Source of the DNA: a virus
IMG/VR virus record: IMGVR_UViG_3300031857_000047
Location: 46,956 to 110,955 of that record
Length of the DNA stretch: 64,000 nt
Strand: one strand, 5' to 3'
The notes beneath the pieces are model-generated. The model was given only the letters and a program-made list of their open reading frames with translations. It had not been told where the DNA came from and searched no databases. Positions within the stretch are counted from its first letter, which is position 1. Each line of letters opens with the position of its first letter. Positions 1-9,972 of the stretch are shown piece by piece. The translations under genes were made by a program, and so were the position numbers.

Positions 1-3000
1 GCTAGGCTGTCCGCCTGCTCCAGAACTTGATAAACCAGTCCAAATAATATTACTTGGGTTAGCAGGATAGTTTCTAGGATTCAATACCCCTTCAATAACC
101 AAGTTGCCGGTTCCCGTGTCAGCAGCAATAGCAATACTCTTTAATAGCAACTGGGCTCTGTTTAGTAGATCTCTTTCGCCCAAATCGCCAACAAGTGCAT
201 TAGACACGCTAGGTGCCAAACGAATCATGAACGCTGTTTGTTTAGTGGTAGTAACACTAACCGCTGCTGCTGCATAACTGAAAATGTATCCTCGATCTTC
301 ATCGAACAATCCGTCAGTTAATAATGCTGAACCCCAGTGACTAATTGTAGGTGTCAGTGTACAACTAATTAAATTAACGCCAACTCCGGCAGAGTGAGAT
401 GCTGCAACGCTACCAGTAAACGAACGATTCAATCCTGCAACAAAATTACTTAAAGTTGTTGCTCTTGTACAACCAGTCAGCGTATCTCCAGATCTGTTCG
501 AGTATGAAATAATTTCATTGTCGATATATACAGTGCCCGCATTTGGGAATCTAGATGCATCTATTAATGTAATTGATGTAGCAGAAGAATTAATTGTTGT
601 TTTTAATTTACTTCTTGCAGAAGCATTTTCAACTTCATAACGAACTGGTAAGTTAGCAGTTCTCATATATGCTTCTGTATTGACGTTTGAGTTACGAATT
701 CTATGCAAGAAAATAAACTTACCGTCAGATCCCCTAATCATAAATTCAATAAATCCCGCAGCATACCAAGAATATTGAATACCGATCATCTGCATTCTAG
801 ATACATCAAATACATATCCCGAAGGACCAGTACCGTCAGCTTTGTCCATATTCCATTCGTGTTGAGGAATTAACAACTCAGTAACTAGACACAACTTAGC
901 TCCGCTGATAGCATTCACACCTCGCCAGTCAGGAGTCACTGTCATTTGAGTATTACTAGTTATTCCGGTAACTGTGTGAGTCATACCTCTCAATACAATT
1001 TTATCTCCAGCTTTTAATTGTTCAGCAAATCTTGTGCCGCTTCCGCTGATAAGATTGCTTTCAATGTTTGCTGATACTGTACCAGTTAACTGTTGAGTAC
1101 TGCTACGTCTAACAAGAGCCATTTCTTGTCCATCGTATTGATAGAAAATTCCATTCTGTTCGTCAAACGCCCCTACTCTAACTGTAGATCCATGCCATGT
1201 TTTTGCCAGCATCCTGGTGTCAGATCCTAATTCAGCTGTTGTTGTAGATAATGGCACAATTGATCTTACAGTAAATGTTCTAGAACTGAGTACAGATTCA
1301 ACAATATAGGTTCCGTTGTATTCAAACGATACCATTCCAACAATTTCAATAGTTGCTCCAGGTTGTGCTCCGTGATCAGTATCGTCAGTAGTAACGGTTA
1401 TAATACTGTTTGCTGCCAAGCCAGTTGCCGTTGCCGATGCAATATTATAACTAGGTGCAAATAGTGCTCCAGTAGTATACATCATGCCTTTACCAGATTG
1501 GTATCGAATGTATTTTTTACTCTGTCGAATTGCCTGCGAACCATATTGCGGACCACCTGTACCTAATTGTACACCACCGTCAAACGGTCTATGTGTAAAG
1601 AATGTATCAGGTCTAGCATAAAGTGCTCCTGTAATTGCAGCAGTGGAATTTATAGCACCCGTACTTCTTGCAGGATATCTAAGTCTAGTATCAGACGGAA
1701 CTTCTGTAATAACAAAAGGACCAGCAGCTAACTGATGATTGGCCGAGGTTAATGTAATTGCCTGTGCTGCTGACGAACCGGTAGCTACCGCAACAAATTT
1801 ACTAGAAGCCCCTGAATATGTACTAAATCCAATACCTTCATAGGCGATAGCGGCAGCACTAGATCTTTCAGTAAATCCGCCAGTTTCACCAGTAAACGAT
1901 GTTAAAACAAGCCCGCCACTGTCTGCCACAATAACAAAATTATCGTCACCAAAAATTAAATCATTCCAAGTACCCGATACCGGTAATGTAATTGAAGTCC
2001 AAGATGTTCCGTTAGTTGATAATGCTGCTACCGCAGTATTTTTTGCCACCGTTAAAAATCTAGAGTTTCCAAATGTAACAGCGTTCCACGTTGTGCTACT
2101 AGGCAGTGTTGATGCAGTCCAGTTTGCTCCGTTATCTACAGAATATGCTGCGGCTGTTCCCCCTGTGGCTACGGCTACAAAAAATGCTGAGGTGCCTACA
2201 GTTCCGCCAGATACGTCTTGCCAATTGGATGAACTTGGCAATGTTGCTGCGGTCCAATTAATACCGTCTGTAGAGTATGCTGCGGCAGTTGAACCACTTC
2301 TTACTGCAACGAAAGCCGAGTTGAAATAGGCAACACTGGTCCAAGAACCTGAACTAGGTAATACACCCCCCACTGTCCAAGTTGCGCCATTGTCTGTGGA
2401 ATAATTAGCAACAGTACCACCGCTGGCAATAGCCACCCAGAATGTTGTAATACCTCCAATTGGTCCTACAGCAATACTAGTCCAAGTTGTAGAGGCGGTT
2501 AAATTTCCGCCTACTGTCCAAGTTGTTCCGTTGGTTGAAACTGCTGTACCGTTACTGCCAGATTTAATAGCAACAAATCTTCCATTATAACCTGCTACGT
2601 CAGTCCATGTGCCGGAATTAGGCAAATTAGTTGCAACAGCAGTTACTTCCGGAGCAGGTGTTGATGTAATATTAGATAGTATAGTTGCACCTGGAACTAA
2701 CCCGTGCTTGGATGTAAAATCTACTTGAACAGTGCCAATAGCACCAACATCTAAGCTGGTGCCTGTTGGCAACTCACCGGTTAACGATTCGCTTAGTGTC
2801 AGCGAAGGATATATCAAAAAGCTATCGCCGGTAAACGGTGTTCCGTTAGCTGAAGCAGAAATGATTGAACCTGCAGATGAATTTGCTACAGTTAATAATA
2901 GATCGTTTAACGGAGATGCTCCCCCAATATCTGTTCCTAATATTAAAATTTGATTTCCATTTCTATAATTTGCGCCGCCGTCTGTCACTATGCTTGAATA

Positions 3001-5310
3001 TGCTCCAGAAATTCGTTCTATTGTAAACTCGGCTCCTGCGCCAGAATTTGTAAGATTATTAGAAGGCGGAGTTGTATAAACAGCATCACCGGATACACCA
3101 ACAGGAGTTCCAACTAATTCCCAATCAACAATTGCACCACCAGTAACTCCGTTGACTTGAATAACGATATCGTTTTCTGGACTAGTTCCGCCAAAGCTAG
3201 TACCGGCCCAAGTAACAGTGTCTGCTGGAACAAAATCCGCCCCACCATTCGCCAGTGACACAGTATATTCTCCTGTGCCGCCTGTTCTTATAACTGTAAT
3301 AGTTGCGCCTGCACCCAATGTGCTTGTTGTAGATGATTGACTAACTGCTGTATATGTTTCACCTCCAGATACAGCTAGTCCGCTATAGGTAAATCCAACA
3401 ATTGCACCACCGCTATCAATAGAAGAAACAGTAATAGTTATATCGTTAGTTCCTATTGATCCACCAACTTGATTACCGTCAATTCTTATTTGATCTCCAA
3501 TTGCATAATTAATACCGTTTGATGTGCTATCCTGAGCATCAGTTACGGTATATTCTCCAGCGGTTCTAGAAACATTAAATGTTGCCAATGATCCAATAGC
3601 TGCTACGATTGTGCCAGTAACACCAGTATCAATTCCATCGGCCCCTAACAATGTAAGACCACAAGCTGCTGAAAGATTTGCCTCACCACTTAAAATAGAA
3701 TTAATATAGACAGCATCACCTGACCCATTGTCGAACGCCATTCCGCCTTGTACTCCAGTATAGCTAGTTAATGATATTGAAGTATCAGTTGGGTTAATGT
3801 CATTTTTTGCATACACTGTTGCTACCGCATTTCCGTTGATAGCCGATACAGATGTTCCTGCTGGAATAAATGTACTACCAGTAATTGGTGATCCAGGTGT
3901 AGGAGCAGAGCCGCTGTACGCAATTCTTAATGAAGAGCTTGGTGAATCAAATACCGAAACGATTGTGCTTGTTGTTCCGTTACTAGCAACGCTGAATACA
4001 GGAGCACCAATACTTGCGCCGGTGTAGAATCCTGCCTGTCTAATTTGAGCAAAAGAAGTGAATAAACTTTCACCAACTGCTGATCCCACTTTTGCAGAAG
4101 CATAGTAAGTAAAAGCTACCGCACTAGGAATGCTGTGAACTAAAAAAGTACCTTCTGCTCTCGAAAATCCGTTAATGTTATTAGACAATCCCTTAACAGT
4201 GATAGGAGTTCCAACACTATAACCGTGACTACCATTTGTCGAAACTGTTATTAAAGAAGCTCCAAAAAATCCAGTAGTTGCTGACGCATCTGTAGTTATG
4301 GCATTAATGGTTAAGTCAGTTGCAGGAATTTCGTAAAAACTAGGATAACTTCTCAATAATCCAAGAGCCTGCCATTTAGTTGGTTGCAGTCCGTATTCAA
4401 AGTCAGCGTCAAGCATGGCCTGCGGAGCGGCAACACGCATACGCTCAATAGCATCTGTACCAAAGTCCCAAGGACGAATTGTTTGATATGGCTCTTCTAC
4501 AAATATTTGTAAATCCGTTGATGCCGAAAGTGTCGAAGTATCTTCTGATAGATTAATTGTGGTAATTGTATCAGTAGTTTGCCACCACGACGGAAAATCT
4601 AAATCACTTAATAGTTCACCGTCACCACTGCTCCTACCATTTTTATATTCAAAATTAACTGTGTTTGAAGGATCAGCAAAATTATATAATATTTGCCCAG
4701 TATTAGTATTTGTTATTAATAGGACATCACTAGGCAAATAACTGCCTAGAATTCTAATAGAACTTACTCCAGGAACCTTTGTAGCCATTGCTGTTGGTCC
4801 GTTCTGAATAACGTTACCTAAGATTTGAAATTCACTAGTAATTCTTGCAGCGGCTCCCTGCTCTCCCGACGATTGGTTTGTGACTTGCTCAACAACAGTC
4901 TGTCCGTAAGTTGGAGTTACTGGATTATTTGTAAAGATATAATTGTTGATAATATCTCTTATATATTGTTGACCTGTAATTTCCGGTGATACATCACCTC
5001 GAATCATAGGTTCGCCTTTAATATGAAAATAGTCAGCTACCTGTCTAATTTTTACATTGCCGCCATATTTTAAATCGTGCAAGATAGCATCGATAAAATA
5101 TCCTACATCTCTAGTACACTTTGCGGGTGCATATGTATAACCAACATACGGCGAAATACTATTTGTTATGTTATAATTTATAAAAGCTACAACTTGCGCC
5201 TGGATGAAGGCTTTGTTTGCCGACAACAGAGCATAAGCATTAGGAAAAGCATTAGAATCTTTGCTTAATCCTGGTTCAAATACGTAATTGAGTAATTTCT
5301 TTTTTGCCAT
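1..5310 (-). CDS. Giant virion structural/fibre protein (>1770 aa, runs off the left edge)
   Basis: Absent from the ORF track because it has no stop in the window. ATG at 5310 (MAKKKLLNYVFEPG...), and position 1 is still in frame (...WTGLSSSGAGGQPS). Contains AKCTRDVGYFIDAILHDLKYGGN, LDADFEYGLQPTKW and Asp-box-like S-x-D/N-G-x-x-W propeller repeats. Confidence 0.8.
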   Translation of the reverse strand, partial: MAKKKLLNYVFEPGLSKDSNAFPNAYALLSANKAFIQAQVVAFINYNITNSISPYVGYTYAPAKCTRDVGYFIDAILHDLKYGGNVKIRQVADYFHIKGEPMIRGDVSPEITGQQYIRDIINNYIFTNNPVTPTYGQTVVEQVTNQSSGEQGAAARITSEFQILGNVIQNGPTAMATKVPGVSSIRILGSYLPSDVLLITNTNTGQILYNFADPSNTVNFEYKNGRSSGDGELLSDLDFPSWWQTTDTITTINLSEDTSTLSASTDLQIFVEEPYQTIRPWDFGTDAIERMRVAAPQAMLDADFEYGLQPTKWQALGLLRSYPSFYEIPATDLTINAITTDASATTGFFGASLITVSTNGSHGYSVGTPITVKGLSNNINGFSRAEGTFLVHSIPSAVAFTYYASAKVGSAVGESLFTSFAQIRQAGFYTGASIGAPVFSVASNGTTSTIVSVFDSPSSSLRIAYSGSAPTPGSPITGSTFIPAGTSVSAINGNAVATVYAKNDINPTDTSISLTSYTGVQGGMAFDNGSGDAVYINSILSGEANLSAACGLTLLGADGIDTGVTGTIVAAIGSLATFNVSRTAGEYTVTDAQDSTSNGINYAIGDQIRIDGNQVGGSIGTNDITITVSSIDSGGAIVGFTYSGLAVSGGETYTAVSQSSTTSTLGAGATITVIRTGGTGEYTVSLANGGADFVPADTVTWAGTSFGGTSPENDIVIQVNGVTGGAIVDWELVGTPVGVSGDAVYTTPPSNNLTNSGAGAEFTIERISGAYSSIVTDGGANYRNGNQILILGTDIGGASPLNDLLLTVANSSAGSIISASANGTPFTGDSFLIYPSLTLSESLTGELPTGTSLDVGAIGTVQVDFTSKHGLVPGATILSNITSTPAPEVTAVATNLPNSGTWTDVAGYNGRFVAIKSGSNGTAVSTNGTTWTVGGNLTASTTWTSIAVGPIGGITTFWVAIASGGTVANYSTDNGATWTVGGVLPSSGSWTSVAYFNSAFVAVRSGSTAAAYSTDGINWTAATLPSSSNWQDVSGGTVGTSAFFVAVATGGTAAAYSVDNGANWTASTLPSSTTWNAVTFGNSRFLTVAKNTAVAALSTNGTSWTSITLPVSGTWNDLIFGDDNFVIVADSGGLVLTSFTGETGGFTERSSAAAIAYEGIGFSTYSGASSKFVAVATGSSAAQAITLTSANHQLAAGPFVITEVPSDTRLRYPARSTGAINSTAAITGALYARPDTFFTHRPFDGGVQLGTGGPQYGSQAIRQSKKYIRYQSGKGMMYTTGALFAPSYNIASATATGLAANSIITVTTDDTDHGAQPGATIEIVGMVSFEYNGTYIVESVLSSRTFTVRSIVPLSTTTAELGSDTRMLAKTWHGSTVRVGAFDEQNGIFYQYDGQEMALVRRSSTQQLTGTVSANIESNLISGSGTRFAEQLKAGDKIVLRGMTHTVTGITSNTQMTVTPDWRGVNAISGAKLCLVTELLIPQHEWNMDKADGTGPSGYVFDVSRMQMIGIQYSWYAAGFIEFMIRGSDGKFIFLHRIRNSNVNTEAYMRTANLPVRYEVENASARSKLKTTINSSATSITLIDASRFPNAGTVYIDNEIISYSNRSGDTLTGCTRATTLSNFVAGLNRSFTGSVAASHSAGVGVNLISCTLTPTISHWGSALLTDGLFDEDRGYIFSYAAAAVSVTTTKQTAFMIRLAPSVSNALVGDLGERDLLNRAQLLLKSIAIAADTGTGNLVIEGVLNPRNYPANPSNIIWTGLSSSGAGGQPS

Positions 5311-5322
5311 TTAATCTTTTCC

Positions 5323-5838
5323 TTATGCTCCGAATGCTATTGAAAACGCTGTTACTCTTGCATCAACATAGTCTTTTCTAGTCAAGTGACTGGCTAATGT
5401 TGGTGCATTGTTTGCTGCTGCATCTAAAAATGTAGCGTCTGCTGGAGTATTTTGTCCAATTGCTATGTTATCCATGCCACCAATTTCCGAACTGTTAATA
5501 ACAACAGCGCCGTTATCTATACTGATAAAATTAGTAGATGCTATTCCAATATAAACGTCACCATCTACTTCTAATCTTTCTAATACACCGAGATTTCTTA
5601 AGTGACTGTTTGTAATATCTTTTGATAAAGACAGTGTCGAATCGTCATTTTCTATAATATCAAATGCTGCGCCACTGCCGCCTATTTGAATGTTAGCTGC
5701 AAATAAAGTCCCGTTTATTGTAGCGTCGTTGTCTATAACTATATTGTTATCTAGATTAACATTACCTAGATCGTCTACAGCAAATCCAGGACTTGCAAAT
5801 CCGTAGTTTGATTTTAGTGGGGAGTATTCAACTGTCAT
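5323..5838 (-). CDS. Small fibre-like structural protein
   Basis: Beta-rich, contains TRKDYVD (fibre knob-type motif) and a hydrophobic C-terminus (AFSIAFGA). Confidence 0.6.
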   Translation of the reverse strand: MTVEYSPLKSNYGFASPGFAVDDLGNVNLDNNIVIDNDATINGTLFAANIQIGGSGAAFDIIENDDSTLSLSKDITNSHLRNLGVLERLEVDGDVYIGIASTNFISIDNGAVVINSSEIGGMDNIAIGQNTPADATFLDAAANNAPTLASHLTRKDYVDARVTAFSIAFGA

Positions 5839-5847
5839 TTTATTCTC

Positions 5848-6237
5848 TTATAGGTCATTTATAGCATGATAGTAGCTAACGCTGAATATCAATCTTTTCG
5901 ATTCTGGACCAATTGGGGATGCAATTAACGTGACTTTTGAATCATTGACCGTTGCAGACAATGTAATCATATCATCCTGTAATGAAGTTCTGCCGTATAT
6001 TGTAATACTAGCCGAAGACGGCCCAGCAACTACTAAACATTTGATAATTTCTTTATCAACAGATCCACCATCTACGCACATGGTGTATTCCGCAGACATA
6101 AAATCGCCCACGTAGAATTCGTCAATAACTGTGTTAGGGAAAATTTCAACCCAGGGGCCTTTATAACTGAGATTAACTCCGTTGTTAAATCTCAGGGTGC
6201 CCTTGAGTCCGCGTAAAAAATATCTAGTAAAGTCCAT
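5848..6237 (-). CDS. Hypothetical virion protein
   Basis: 129-aa ORF preceded by the late promoter motif CTAAATA. Confidence 0.6.
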   Translation of the reverse strand: MDFTRYFLRGLKGTLRFNNGVNLSYKGPWVEIFPNTVIDEFYVGDFMSAEYTMCVDGGSVDKEIIKCLVVAGPSSASITIYGRTSLQDDMITLSATVNDSKVTLIASPIGPESKRLIFSVSYYHAINDL

Positions 6238-6259
6238 ATCGATCCAATGGTGTATTGAG

Positions 6260-6266
6260 TATTTAG
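6260..6266 (-). promoter_or_regulatory. Late promoter CTAAATA
   Basis: Variant of the T4 late TATAAATA box just upstream of the 6237 start. Confidence 0.55.
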
Positions 6267-6302
6267 CATAAACAATATCAGCATTGAATTAACGGGTTCT
6301 AA

Positions 6303-8114
6303 TTAGTTGGCAATTTTTAGCAGTTTTTTGTATTCTGGCAGGTACAGGTATTCTATCTTGCTTTTTTGCAGCGTTTCTACGGCATCAAACAAGGTTTCTA
6401 CTAGCGGATCTCCGCCTAGATTAAAACTAGTGTTGAAAATTATTGGGCAACCTGTAGTATCATAGAACTCTTTAATGAGGTTATAATAATGTTGATTCTG
6501 CTCAGCAGTCACTGTTTGAATACGGCAGGTTCCATCAATGTGTATAATACTAGGAATCTTTTCTTCTATACCCGGTTGGCAATTTACTGCATACATCATG
6601 TGTGGAGTATCTTTCATTCCACGTAAATCGAACCATTCATGTACGTGCTCCTGCATAATTGATCCTGCAAACGGGCGGAAATATTCTCTATTCTTAACAC
6701 TGTTTACATAATCTTTTCCGTCACTAAATCTTGGATCAAATAGAATACTTCGATTACCTAGTGCTCTAGGGCCGTTCTCGCTACGCCCTTGAAAAAATGC
6801 CACGATATTTTTGTTAATCAAAAGATCTACAATGTCTTGATCAGTAGCATCTGTAATTTCAGCGCCATGGGATTGTGTAAATGCAGCAATATCTGCATCA
6901 GAATAATCATACTTGAATCCTAGATATAGCCCGTCTTTTGAATAATCTATATTAGATTGTGGTTCTATACTCTTATAAAACATTAAGGCTGCGCCTATTG
7001 CAGTTCCGGCGTCATTACTAATAGGTTCTACGTAAATTTCAATTCCTTCGGCTCTTAGATGTTGTAGATAGTAGTAATTTGCTACACAGTTTAGTCCGTA
7101 ACCTCCGCTAATTACCACTTTCTTTTGTCCAGTCATTTCTACAGCTTTTCGAATTAATCTCAAAACTTGTTCTTGAGTTTGAGTTTGACAAGCATATGCT
7201 AGATCTCTGCGATTGTCTAGATATGTAACATCGCTATTATCACCCCAGGACATCTGTGTAGCATCGCTACCTAGATAAGAAAATAACTCAGCATTTACTA
7301 CAGCACCGTTTGGATACGTTGGAACAATAAGATTCCTATTGGCCACTGGAGATATACTTGTGTCATCAAACAATTTAGGAATATTTGAATTTTCTTTTCC
7401 ATATGGGAACAATCCCATAGTTTTTCCTGCTTCAATACTTGACCATCCACAATATTGTGTTACAGCTTCGTAGACTTTGGTAATACCTGCACGATCTGTA
7501 ATCAATGCTTCGTGCGTCTGCCCTGGTTCGTCGTACATGGTACCATCAAAACTTTTAACTAATGCACCAGGATTTGGCCCTCTAAGTCCAATGTGTTTGT
7601 ACACCGTTTTAAAACTTGCAGGATATTTACAGTCATAGATACTTTCAGTTTCCCATCCAATGATTTGTTCACCACTAATATTAAGTGGAATAAATGTGCC
7701 GGCGCCGTCTACAATTAGTGCTGTTGCTTGATCAAACCCTGACCTGTAAAATGCACAAGCAGCGTGTAGTTTATGATGCACGTGACTAAGATCAATTACC
7801 TGCGGATGTTTGTAAGGATTTTCTTTTCTACTAATTAATCCTAGTTTTCTTGCAAGTCCGGTATAAATGTCGTCACCGCTAAAGTCAACTCTACCTGCGG
7901 TTTCTTGTAGACTTTGTGTATGTGCTATTACAAGATAATCAATCTTGTCAGTGTAGTCTAGTATTTTAAGCATTGCAGCGTACGGGCCGCCGTCATACTT
8001 ATTTCTACTTAATCTCTCTTCCTCAATCGAAAATACGATTTCGCCATTTTTTAAGAGACACACACTGCTGTTATGTCCTCGAGCTAATGCTGCAATCCAG
8101 ATATCTTTTTTCAT
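6303..8114 (-). CDS. O-carbamoyltransferase, NodU/CmcH/TobZ family
   Basis: Motifs GHNSS, EEERLSRNKYD, HHKLHAACAFY, IVDGAG, GKTMGLFPYG, SGGYGLNCVAN, NDAGTAIGAA, GPRALGNRSI, REYFRPFA, DGTCRIQTV, NTSFNLGGDPLV. Confidence 0.93.
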   Translation of the reverse strand: MKKDIWIAALARGHNSSVCLLKNGEIVFSIEEERLSRNKYDGGPYAAMLKILDYTDKIDYLVIAHTQSLQETAGRVDFSGDDIYTGLARKLGLISRKENPYKHPQVIDLSHVHHKLHAACAFYRSGFDQATALIVDGAGTFIPLNISGEQIIGWETESIYDCKYPASFKTVYKHIGLRGPNPGALVKSFDGTMYDEPGQTHEALITDRAGITKVYEAVTQYCGWSSIEAGKTMGLFPYGKENSNIPKLFDDTSISPVANRNLIVPTYPNGAVVNAELFSYLGSDATQMSWGDNSDVTYLDNRRDLAYACQTQTQEQVLRLIRKAVEMTGQKKVVISGGYGLNCVANYYYLQHLRAEGIEIYVEPISNDAGTAIGAALMFYKSIEPQSNIDYSKDGLYLGFKYDYSDADIAAFTQSHGAEITDATDQDIVDLLINKNIVAFFQGRSENGPRALGNRSILFDPRFSDGKDYVNSVKNREYFRPFAGSIMQEHVHEWFDLRGMKDTPHMMYAVNCQPGIEEKIPSIIHIDGTCRIQTVTAEQNQHYYNLIKEFYDTTGCPIIFNTSFNLGGDPLVETLFDAVETLQKSKIEYLYLPEYKKLLKIAN

Positions 8115-8123
8115 TGTATTCCT

Positions 8124-9041
8124 TTAAAATCCGTTAGGCCAAGTTGGCCACACCATATGACTCACTGAACTGGGCCAATCTATTCGTTTAGCCAGGGTAA
8201 GTTCGAATGTAATTTTGTCAAATTTCATTTTTTTCTGCAAACTATGTATACTGTCTGCAAGTTCTTTAACAGCATTAATTGAAGTTTCTGTTAATTCTAA
8301 TTTGTCTTTTAATTCTTGTTCTATCCATATAATGTTTTGATGTGGAGAAGGGTGGATGTCAAAAAACTTTTCACCAGGAGCATTAGTATCATCAAATTCA
8401 AAAGTTAAATCTAAATGTTGTTTTGCTATAGTTTCTAATGGAGTAAGCCAGTGATCTGCATGATCATTCCATATTTTTTCTTCATAGAACTTTAAATTAG
8501 CAATTTTGTCCCAGGCAAGACCAGTTTTTGATCTATTAGGATTATCATAGATATGTTTTTCTCCTGATCCAGGAGCATCTCTAAAATCATCCCCCATATC
8601 ACGTATATCTCCTATACTAGTCATGTACCATTTGCAACCGGTTGAATTTAAAAAACCCTGAGTTAAACTTATATTGTTTAAGGTATGCATGAGATATGCT
8701 GGTTCATAGAAAAATGTATCAACCCATTTTTGATCATATAGAGATTGATTTAGGTAATTAAAAATGCTACCAGCAGTTTTCCAATTAGAACGTCTTTCAG
8801 GTAGACTGTGTTCGTGATACCAATCATTACGTAGGTGACTGCTCCACTGCACTATAATTAAGTCATCTTCAGTAAATGTGTGTCTGTGATGCGCCTCTAC
8901 TATTCTCTCAGCAATCGCTCTGTTTCCTAATCCTGCAAGACCCCAATTGTAAAATTCATCATAATCAATAGACAACAAATTAGCCCAGGTAGGCCAAGAA
9001 TAACTGGTATAACTACAACCAAAGGTGAATAATCTTTTCAT
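8124..9041 (-). CDS. SGNH/GDSL-like protein, paralogue 1 (possible acyl-transferase/esterase)
   Basis: FTFGCSYT block I, GLAGLGN block II, DIHP block V. Confidence 0.6.
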   Translation of the reverse strand: MKRLFTFGCSYTSYSWPTWANLLSIDYDEFYNWGLAGLGNRAIAERIVEAHHRHTFTEDDLIIVQWSSHLRNDWYHEHSLPERRSNWKTAGSIFNYLNQSLYDQKWVDTFFYEPAYLMHTLNNISLTQGFLNSTGCKWYMTSIGDIRDMGDDFRDAPGSGEKHIYDNPNRSKTGLAWDKIANLKFYEEKIWNDHADHWLTPLETIAKQHLDLTFEFDDTNAPGEKFFDIHPSPHQNIIWIEQELKDKLELTETSINAVKELADSIHSLQKKMKFDKITFELTLAKRIDWPSSVSHMVWPTWPNGF

Positions 9042-9042
9042 A

Positions 9043-9969
9043 TCAAAATCCCATCAACTGTGTAGGCCATTGCATTTTGTCATATTTCTTTTCAAAAAAC
9101 TCATTAGAAAATAATTTTTCTGTAAATTGCATTTTGCTAAATTTAAATTTATTAAAATGATCGTCGACTCTTTCAGCTACACTGTAGGCAAAATCCATAG
9201 TCTCTTTTGATAAATTTAATCTATCAGCTAATTGACTTTCAATCCACAACGCATGTTGTCTTGGGGTTGGATGAAAATCGTCCGTAAACTGTTTAGTACC
9301 GCCTCGGCCATCGTCTATGTACTTGTAGGTATGTTCGTTATGTAGCTGTGCGTGAGTTTCCATGGGCATAAGCCAATGATCCTGATTGTCTTCCCAAATT
9401 GTTTTATTGTATATTGATAGCTCTGGAATTTTTTTCCATGCTAACATATCAACGTTAACATCGCCCGGTGTAGGTATGTGTCCTAATTCTCCGTAATCTG
9501 CATGATTTCTAAGATCTGCACCTAGGTTTCGAATATCACCCATACTGCTCATGTACCATTCACAACCTATAGATTTTAACAGGCCTTGAGTTAATGAAAT
9601 ATGATTTAGGGTATGCATAAAATATGCAGGTTCATAGAAAAATGTATCTACCCACTTATTGTCATAGAGTTTTTCATTGATATAATTGAATATACTGCCG
9701 CCTGTCTTCCATTGATAGGGCCTATCCGAACAACTGTATTTGTGCCACCAATCATTACGTAGGTGACTACTCCACTGCACTATGATTAGATCATCTTTGG
9801 TAAATCCGTGTTTAACATTAGCTTCTGCTACTCTTTCGGCAATGGCACGATTACCAATGCCTGCTAGTCCCCAATTATAAAATTCGTCATAGCTGACCGA
9901 TAGCAAATTAGCCCAAGTAGGCCATGCATAATTAGTATAACTGCAACCAAAAGCAAAAAATCTCTTCAT
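9043..9969 (-). CDS. SGNH/GDSL-like protein, paralogue 2
   Basis: FAFGCSYT, GLAGIGN, DFHP. Near-identical blocks shared with 8124..9041 (QWSSHLRNDW, KWVDTFFYEPAY). Confidence 0.6.
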   Translation of the reverse strand: MKRFFAFGCSYTNYAWPTWANLLSVSYDEFYNWGLAGIGNRAIAERVAEANVKHGFTKDDLIIVQWSSHLRNDWWHKYSCSDRPYQWKTGGSIFNYINEKLYDNKWVDTFFYEPAYFMHTLNHISLTQGLLKSIGCEWYMSSMGDIRNLGADLRNHADYGELGHIPTPGDVNVDMLAWKKIPELSIYNKTIWEDNQDHWLMPMETHAQLHNEHTYKYIDDGRGGTKQFTDDFHPTPRQHALWIESQLADRLNLSKETMDFAYSVAERVDDHFNKFKFSKMQFTEKLFSNEFFEKKYDKMQWPTQLMGF

Positions 9970-9972
9970 TTT

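Noticed and set aside
8698-9790. Near-identical DNA segments as DGR template/variable repeats
   Set aside because: They lie at equivalent positions of paralogous genes, differences are not adenine-specific, and there is no reverse transcriptase in the window.
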